From: an uncultured bacterium
GTDB taxonomy: Bacteria > Lernaellota > Lernaellaia > Lernaellales > Lernaellaceae
Length of the DNA: 12,075 nt
Assembly (NCBI GenBank): GCA_964534375.1
Contig: CAZHPN010000180.1
Coordinates: 1-12,075 of the forward strand
Direction: 5' to 3'
A program made the translations under genes and the position numbers. The notes beneath the pieces are model-generated. The model was given only the letters and a program-made list of their open reading frames with translations. It did not search any database and was not told the DNA's origin. This document shows, in pieces, positions 6,900 to 12,075 of this stretch. The stretch's first letter is position 1; each line of letters begins with the position of its first letter.

Positions 6900-7003
6900 C
6901 GCAGACCCCTCCACAACCCGGGACCGCCACGGTTTCTTCTCGCCCCTCCCTGTGTCGGGAAGGGGCGCGGCCACGCCGGGCGTGGCCGGGGGAGAGGTCC
7001 GCG
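6900..7003. repeat. Nested palindromic (REP/MITE-like) element between convergent genes
   Basis: Outer 13-bp imperfect inverted repeat (6900-6912 / 6991-7003, 11/13 match) enclosing hairpins CGCCCCTCCC-tgtgtc-GGGAAGGGGCG (6941-6967) and CGGCCACGCC-g-GGCGTGGCCG (6968-6988). Confidence 0.6.
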
Positions 7004-7026
7004 TGTCAAGGAAAAGGATAGTGACG

Positions 7027-7050
7027 AAAAAGGCGCGTCGGACGCGCCTT
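7027..7050 (-). terminator. Intrinsic terminator of the thiolase gene
   Basis: Minus strand AAGGCGCG-UCCGA-CGCGCCUUUUU, about 35 nt after the thiolase stop codon. Confidence 0.75.
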
Positions 7051-7084
7051 ATCAGCTTTCTTCGACTATCGCTTTTGTCGCGGG

Positions 7085-8260
7085 CTACACCCGTTCGACG
7101 ACGACGGCTTTGCCCATGCCGCCGCCGACGCACAACGTCGCCAGGCCGACGGTCAGGTCGCGTTTCGCCATTTCGTTGACCAGCGAAATCACGAGCCGGA
7201 TGCCGGTCGCGCCCACCGGGTGGCCGAGGCCGATGCCCGAGCCGTTGACGTTGGTGATCGAGCGATCCAGGTCGAGCAGCTTTTCACACGACAGATACTG
7301 CGCGGCGAACGCCTCGTTGCATTCGATCAACTGAATGTCCTTCAGCGTCATGCCCGCCTTTTTCAACACTTTTGTCGTCGCCGGCACGGGGCCGTAGCCC
7401 ATCAGATTCGGCTCGACGCCCGCGACCGCATGCGCCACCAGGCGGGCGAGCGGCTTCAGGCCGCGCTCTTTGGCCTTTTCGGCGCTCATCACCACCACGG
7501 CGGCGGCGGCGTCGTTGAGGCCGCTGGAGTTGCCGGCGGTGACGGTGCCGTCTTTTTTGAACGTCGGCTTCAACTTGGCCAGGGTCTCGACGGTCGTGCC
7601 GCGCCGCGGATGCTCGTCGGTGTCGAAAATCACCTCGCCCTTGCGGGTCTGAATCTTCACCGGCACGACTTCATCTTTGAAGCGGCCGGCGTCGATCGCC
7701 GCCACGGCGCGCTGGTTGCTGGTCGCGGCCAGTTCATCCTGCTGCAGGCGCGTAATGCCGTACTTCGCCGCCAGGTTCTCGGAGGTGATGCCCATGTGGA
7801 AATGCTCCAGGGGATCTTCGAGGCCTTCGGTGAGCGAATCGACCGCCTCTTTTTTCCACATGCGGGCGCCCCAGCGCATGTCGTACAGCACGTACGGCAC
7901 GCGGCTCATATTCTCGACGCCGACGACCAACGCCGCATCGAGATCGCCGAGCATGATCTGCTGCGCGGCGTACACGAACGCTTGCATTGAACTGGAGCAC
8001 TGCCGCTGAATCGTACAACCGGGCACGGTGAACGGCAAACCAACCTTCAGGCCGATGCAGCGGCCGATGTTGATTTCGTCGCTGCGCATCATGCACTGCG
8101 CGGCAATTACGTCGCCGATCAGTTCGGCGCCGGCGCCCGCACGCTCGATCGCGGCCTTCGCCGCGACGACGCCGAGGTCCATCGCGGGCACATCTTTCAA
8201 ACTGCCGCCAAAGCTCCCGATCGGGGTGCGCGCGGCGCTGACGATCCACACTTCTTTCAT
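7085..8260 (-). CDS. Acetyl-CoA C-acetyltransferase (thiolase)
   Basis: [10 protein letters not shown], catalytic Cys in [33 protein letters not shown] and CVGGG motifs; AAGGAGG RBS. Confidence 0.96.
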   Translation of the reverse strand: MKEVWIVSAARTPIGSFGGSLKDVPAMDLGVVAAKAAIERAGAGAELIGDVIAAQCMMRSDEINIGRCIGLKVGLPFTVPGCTIQRQCSSSMQAFVYAAQQIMLGDLDAALVVGVENMSRVPYVLYDMRWGARMWKKEAVDSLTEGLEDPLEHFHMGITSENLAAKYGITRLQQDELAATSNQRAVAAIDAGRFKDEVVPVKIQTRKGEVIFDTDEHPRRGTTVETLAKLKPTFKKDGTVTAGNSSGLNDAAAAVVVMSAEKAKERGLKPLARLVAHAVAGVEPNLMGYGPVPATTKVLKKAGMTLKDIQLIECNEAFAAQYLSCEKLLDLDRSITNVNGSGIGLGHPVGATGIRLVISLVNEMAKRDLTVGLATLCVGGGMGKAVVVERV

Positions 8261-8334
8261 AAACTCCCTCCTTTAGGTCAGGAAATAACCTGCATTTTCC
8301 GGGGCTGCGGCCCTGCACGTTGGCCGAGCGGCTT

Positions 8335-8363
8335 ATTTATGCCGATTCGGGGACGCAAATCAA
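8335..8363 (-). promoter_or_regulatory. Possible promoter for the thiolase gene
   Basis: TTGATT (8363-8358), 17-nt spacer, AT-rich ATAAAT (8340-8335); imperfect -10. Confidence 0.35.
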
Positions 8364-8380
8364 GGCGGGTCGGGCGAACG

Positions 8381-8605
8381 CGGGAATTGGGAATCGGGAT
8401 TCGGGACTCGGGAGGCGGGACTCGGGAAACGAGAACCGGGACCCGGTGTTGGGGCCCGGAGATTGCGAATTGTTCCGAGTGCGGAACGGTATTTGGGACA
8501 TGCGCGTCTGCGGCTTGCCGATCGCCGAATCCCGAATCCCGTTTGCGCCTTGCGGCTTGCGGCTTGCCGGTCCCCGAATCCCGAACCCCGAACGCCGAAT
8601 CCCGT
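8381..8605. repeat. Two oppositely oriented degenerate heptamer arrays around a small central hairpin
   Basis: Left arm CGGGAAT TGGGAAT CGGGATT CGGGACT CGGGAGG CGGGACT CGGGAAA CGAGAAC CGGGACC... (8381-8470); right arm of 14 ATCCCGA/TTGCGGC-type units (8508-8605); centre GTTCCG-agtg-CGGAAC (8472-8487). Confidence 0.9.
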
Positions 8606-8608
8606 TCT

Positions 8609-9019
8609 TCAATCCCCCGGCACATCCTCGGTCAACTCAATCAACACGCCGTTCGAGCTTTTGGGATGCACGAATTGAATCCACTTGCCGTGGGCGCCGC
8701 GCGTCGGCGATTCGGTGACCATCTCGAAACCGAGGCCGCGCAGGCGCTCGGCCGCGACGCGCAGGTCGGCGACCTCAAAGCAGACGTGATGCACGCCCGG
8801 CCCGCGCGTCTTGATGGCCTTGGCGACGGGGCTGTCGGGCCCGGTCGGTTCGAGCAATTCGATGTCGACGTCGCCGATCGGCAAAAAAGCGATGTTAACC
8901 CCTTGCGACGCGACCGTTTCGCGATGCTTGACGGCGGATTGCAGCCCATCGGCCCAGAACTTGAGCGCCTCTTCCATGTTCGATACGGCGATCCCGATGT
9001 GCGTGACTTTTTTCAGCAT
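8609..9019 (-). CDS. mce: Methylmalonyl-CoA epimerase (VOC fold)
   Basis: THIGIAV, IELLEP, GPGVHHVCFEV, GAHG, FVHPKSSNGVLIEL: the metal-ligand H/E pattern of the family. Confidence 0.92.
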   Translation of the reverse strand: MLKKVTHIGIAVSNMEEALKFWADGLQSAVKHRETVASQGVNIAFLPIGDVDIELLEPTGPDSPVAKAIKTRGPGVHHVCFEVADLRVAAERLRGLGFEMVTESPTRGAHGKWIQFVHPKSSNGVLIELTEDVPGD

Positions 9020-9031
9020 CGGCGCGGCCGA

Positions 9032-9682
9032 TCAGCAGTGATGCCGCAGCACGAGGATTTCGCGTGCGGCGGGCAGTTTGGCGGCGGACACTTCGATCTC
9101 ATCCGCGTCCAGTTTCTTCACGTTTTTCTTGCCGGCGGTGAAGGGCGACACGTCCGTAATCGGGAACTTGCATTTGTCGGTCTTGTAATGCATCGGAATG
9201 ACGATGCGCGGGTTGAGTTTTTCCATGACGTCAGCCGCCTGCAAATGATCGATCGTGTAGAATCCGCCGACCGGCAGCAGCAGCACGTCGATCGGGCCGA
9301 TCTCCGCGACCGTCTCCGCCGTCAGCGGATGGCCGAGGTCGCCGAGATGGCAGATCGTCACGCCGTCGACCGTGAAAACGAACACCTGGTTGGCCCCGCG
9401 CTGCGCGCCGCGGGCGCCGTCGTGATAGGTCGGCACGGTGCGAAATTTGACGCCCTTGGCCTCGCCCGGCCCGGTCATCTTCTGAAACGGATTCTTGAAG
9501 TTCGCTATGTAATTGTGATCGCCATGGTCGTGGCTGATCGTGACGATGTCCGGCCGCGCGTCGACCGGCCCGTAGGCGATGCCGCCGCCGAAGCCGCCCG
9601 GCTCGTAGGGGTCGAGCACAATCACGAGGCCCGCGTCAGTTGTGACCGTAAAACTCGAGTGACCGTTCCAACGGATTTTCAT
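9032..9682 (-). CDS. MBL-fold metallo-hydrolase, 216 aa
   Basis: Likely start ATG 9682 (MKIRWNGHSSF) after AAGGAGG; LDPY, SHDHGDH (HxHxDH), YHD, HLGDLG, PMHY motifs. Confidence 0.92.
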   Translation of the reverse strand: MKIRWNGHSSFTVTTDAGLVIVLDPYEPGGFGGGIAYGPVDARPDIVTISHDHGDHNYIANFKNPFQKMTGPGEAKGVKFRTVPTYHDGARGAQRGANQVFVFTVDGVTICHLGDLGHPLTAETVAEIGPIDVLLLPVGGFYTIDHLQAADVMEKLNPRIVIPMHYKTDKCKFPITDVSPFTAGKKNVKKLDADEIEVSAAKLPAAREILVLRHHC

Positions 9683-9837
9683 CGCTGCCTCCTTCAAAAT
9701 AAACCGCGCTGCTAAATCAGTAACAACGGAGCGGGAAAACCGCAAGTTGGCGCTCGTTGGAAGCGTCAGGCGCGTATGGCGCGGCCCCCGTCGAAGCGGC
9801 ACGGGGCCGGCCGAGACAATTACCTGGGAATCGCAGG

Positions 9838-9899
9838 CATAGGACGCATGCGACCTATAGGAGGTATAAGTTCATGAGTTCTATTGGTCCCATTGCCAG
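9838..9899. repeat. Degenerate 9-bp tandem repeat (~7 units)
   Basis: CATAGGACG CATGCGACC TATAGGAGG TATAAGTTC ATGAGTTC TATTGGTCC CATTGCCAG; an AT-richer patch in a GC-rich context. Confidence 0.55.
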
Positions 9900-9951
9900 C
9901 CCTGAGGCCGCCGATGCTCGACGCCGCTCGCCAAGTTCCCCAACAACCGTC

Positions 9952-9981
9952 TTGTCTCATGCACGCCGCTTCCCGTATGCT
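9952..9981 (+). promoter_or_regulatory. Putative promoter giving a leaderless transcript
   Basis: TTGTCT (9952-9957), 18-nt spacer, TATGCT (9976-9981), 7 nt before ATG 9989; no Shine-Dalgarno sequence. Confidence 0.5.
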
Positions 9982-9988
9982 GCTTGGC

Positions 9989-10663
9989 ATGAAAAAGAAA
10001 ACCGCTCCCTGGCGCTCCGGGTTGTCGTTGGCGACATTGGCCGCCCTGCTGGCCGCCGTCGCCTTTATCGGGTACGGCAAGTTCCACCAATCCGCGCCCC
10101 CGGGCGATATGGGCGACGCCGAGCGCGATCGGCCCGGAACGTGGACCTTCCTCGACGAGCAAGGGCGCCCGCTCGGGTTCTTCGAGCACTTGGTTTTTCG
10201 CCGGGCCGCAATTTCCGTGTTCGCCGTCGACCGCGCCGGCCGCGGCAAGCCCAATGAATGGAGCTACTTCGACGCCAAGGGACACTTGCTGGGATTCGAA
10301 AAGGACCGCTCGGGATCCGGCAAACCCGACATCCGCAATGTCTACCGCTGGGATGAGCGAGCCGGCCACGACGTGATCGCCCGCAACGACATGGACCTCG
10401 TCTGCAAGGATTTGTTCGACACCTACGCGTACTATGACGCCCAGGGAAACCTCGAACGCGTCGAGCGCGACCGCAACTGCGACGGCAAGATCGACATCAT
10501 TTCGTATTTCGACGATCCGAATCGCGCGCCCTACAAAATGCTGTGGGACGATCACTTCACCGGCGTCTTCAACCGCACCACCTACCGCGACGGCGACCCG
10601 GTCACCGGCGCGAAAAGCGTGGAAAACCCGGTCACTCCGGCGGCCGCGCCGCCGACTCGATGA
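9989..10663 (+). CDS. Membrane-anchored or exported hypothetical protein with degenerate Dx[DN]xDG-like beta-hairpin repeats
   Basis: Preferred start ATG 9989 (MKKKTAPWRSG followed by hydrophobic LATLAALLAAVAFIG). Repeats DRAGRGKPNEWSYFD, DRSGSGKPDIRNVY, DLVCKDLFDTYAYYD, DRNCDGKIDIISYFD, DDHFTGVFNRTTYRD. Confidence 0.8.
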   Translation: MKKKTAPWRSGLSLATLAALLAAVAFIGYGKFHQSAPPGDMGDAERDRPGTWTFLDEQGRPLGFFEHLVFRRAAISVFAVDRAGRGKPNEWSYFDAKGHLLGFEKDRSGSGKPDIRNVYRWDERAGHDVIARNDMDLVCKDLFDTYAYYDAQGNLERVERDRNCDGKIDIISYFDDPNRAPYKMLWDDHFTGVFNRTTYRDGDPVTGAKSVENPVTPAAAPPTR

Positions 10664-11957
10664 GCGCGAGAAACGTCGTCCGCCCGTAGACGTCGCCCGC
10701 GGCCGTTTCGCCCTTTTCCAAAATCGTCGAAACCGCCCGGTCGATCGCATCCAGGCCTTTTTCCGTCTCGGCGCCCTGCCCGTTAGCGTACGCGGCGGCC
10801 GCCACCTGCCCGAGTTTCACGCTCTCGAGCGACCGCCCCGGCAAATAGCCGACATCCTCGCGGCCCAATTCGGTGGTGCGCAGCAGGCCCGCCTGCCGCA
10901 ACTGCTCGACAATCTCGCCGGTCAACTCCGAAGGAACTTTGAACCGCTCCTCGATCGCGACGACCGTCGGCGGCGGCGAACCCTTATGGAAGGCGTCGGC
11001 AACCATCGCAAAAATGCGCACCGCGAGATGCAATCGTTCGCGCGCCGACGGTTTGGCGAACGCCCGGCGCAACACCAGCGCCGCGAAATTGTGATGGACG
11101 TAAGCCACTTCGAGCGCCAGCAGCACGATGATCCACGTCAGGTAGAGCCAGACCAGGAAAATCGGCGCGACCGCCAGCGAGCCGTAGAGCGCGTTGTAGG
11201 TGATCGACTTGGCCGTGGTGCGCGTGAAGCCGACTTTCGCTATTTCCCAGATCGTCGCGCCGACGACGCCGCCGACCAGGGCGCTTTGCTTTTTCACGCG
11301 CGCCGCGGGGATGACCGAAAGCATCAGGAAAAACGCGAACACCGAGAAAAACCACGGCAGAACGTTCATCAGCAGGCGCTGAATGAAGCTGATTTCCAGC
11401 AACGGATTGCCGTTGATGAACGCCCAGACTTTCCCCGAACCGTAGAAGCTCAGCGCGATGAGGACCGGCCCCCACAAAATCACGCTCGTGAAGGCCAGGA
11501 ACCGCTGGAGCAACGAGCGGCGGCTCGCCGTTTTCCAGACCGCGTTGAAATTGGTTTCGATGTTGTCGAACAGCAAGATCGAAGTGACGAACAGCAGCGC
11601 CGTCGACAGCAGCCCGAGCGCCTTGGTGTTGGCCGTGAATTGGTTGATGTAATTGACGATCTCGTCGGTGCGCGCCGGGATAATCTGCTTGAACAGCCAA
11701 TCCTGAATCTCGCCTTTGTAGGCGGCGAACCGCTCGAACGACGTGAACACGCTGAAAAATACGGCCACCAGCGGCACGATCGCCAGCAGCGTGTTGTAGG
11801 CCATGCCGGAGGCGCGGACGACCAGCGTGTCGCGCACGAATTGCGTCAGCAGTTCGTTGAGAAACCGCAGCAGGTTCAGCGCGGCTCGCCACATCCACGG
11901 CTGCTTCGTGGCGTCGATCGTATACAGATTCCGCAGTACGTCGCGGGTTTTCCCCAT
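10632..11957 (-). CDS. YihY/virulence factor BrkB family inner-membrane protein with C-terminal winged-helix-like extension
   Basis: RASGMAYNTLLAIVP, NIETNFNAVW, YNALYGSLAVAPIFLVWLYLTWIIVLLALE, about six hydrophobic segments, then a soluble tail (VEQLRQAGLL...GYLPGR). Confidence 0.92.
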   Translation of the reverse strand: MGKTRDVLRNLYTIDATKQPWMWRAALNLLRFLNELLTQFVRDTLVVRASGMAYNTLLAIVPLVAVFFSVFTSFERFAAYKGEIQDWLFKQIIPARTDEIVNYINQFTANTKALGLLSTALLFVTSILLFDNIETNFNAVWKTASRRSLLQRFLAFTSVILWGPVLIALSFYGSGKVWAFINGNPLLEISFIQRLLMNVLPWFFSVFAFFLMLSVIPAARVKKQSALVGGVVGATIWEIAKVGFTRTTAKSITYNALYGSLAVAPIFLVWLYLTWIIVLLALEVAYVHHNFAALVLRRAFAKPSARERLHLAVRIFAMVADAFHKGSPPPTVVAIEERFKVPSELTGEIVEQLRQAGLLRTTELGREDVGYLPGRSLESVKLGQVAAAAYANGQGAETEKGLDAIDRAVSTILEKGETAAGDVYGRTTFLALIESAARPPE

Positions 11958-11984
11958 TTTCTGCGCCCTTCTAACGATCGACTA

Positions 11985-12013
11985 CGAATAACCTTCGGCG
12001 CGAGAACGGTCAA
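11985..12013 (-). promoter_or_regulatory. Possible promoter for the YihY-family gene
   Basis: TTGACC (12013-12008), 17-nt spacer, TATTCG (11990-11985); weak -10. Confidence 0.35.
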
Positions 12014-12075
12014 GAGCGGCGGAGAGACATCTTATGTGCCAGGTCAAGCCCTTTGTTCACAGGCGGCCGGTTTTT

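Noticed and set aside
6856..6900. tmRNA-like tag (minus strand AKNTRQFEPFRKAA-stop)
   Set aside because: No tRNA-like 5' GGGG...GGxTTCGA or 3' T-arm/CCA ends nearby; a peptide ending in AA is easily chance.
7004..7009. Perfect TTGACA on the minus strand
   Set aside because: No -10-like hexamer at 16-18 nt spacing (the sequence there is all GC-rich).
8278..8718. Small ORFs across the heptamer element, or a CRISPR array interpretation
   Set aside because: The ORFs merely translate 7-mer repeats (IPNPES/GIRDSG); there are no 23-47-nt repeats with unique spacers and no cas genes.
9859..10257. AGGAGGT followed by ATG 9874 as the start of a gene in the 9757..10257 frame
   Set aside because: The SD-like sequence is part of the 9-mer repeat, and the product is Arg-rich and out of frame with the more credible gene starting at 9989.

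Overview
A GC-rich chromosomal window from a Gram-negative bacterium (it encodes a FadL-type outer-membrane channel; a deltaproteobacteria-like origin is my inference). It is mostly acyl-CoA metabolism genes on the minus strand. A FadL-like channel gene overlaps a split B12-dependent acyl-CoA mutase (large plus B12-binding small subunit) whose specificity residues (Phe75/Gln193) are isobutyryl-CoA-mutase-like rather than methylmalonyl-CoA-mutase-like. Other genes: a thiolase, methylmalonyl-CoA epimerase, MBL-fold hydrolase, HIT protein, YihY/BrkB protein, two plus-strand hypothetical genes that look leaderless, and an exported HEAT-repeat gene absent from the ORF track. Non-coding highlights are a candidate ~90-nt three-hairpin sRNA with its own promoter and terminator (1686-1596, minus), 7-mer and 9-mer degenerate tandem repeats, and REP-like hairpins. 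The first ~140 nt are a fragment of ribosomal protein S20 joined head-on to the HEAT gene, most likely a chimeric junction.
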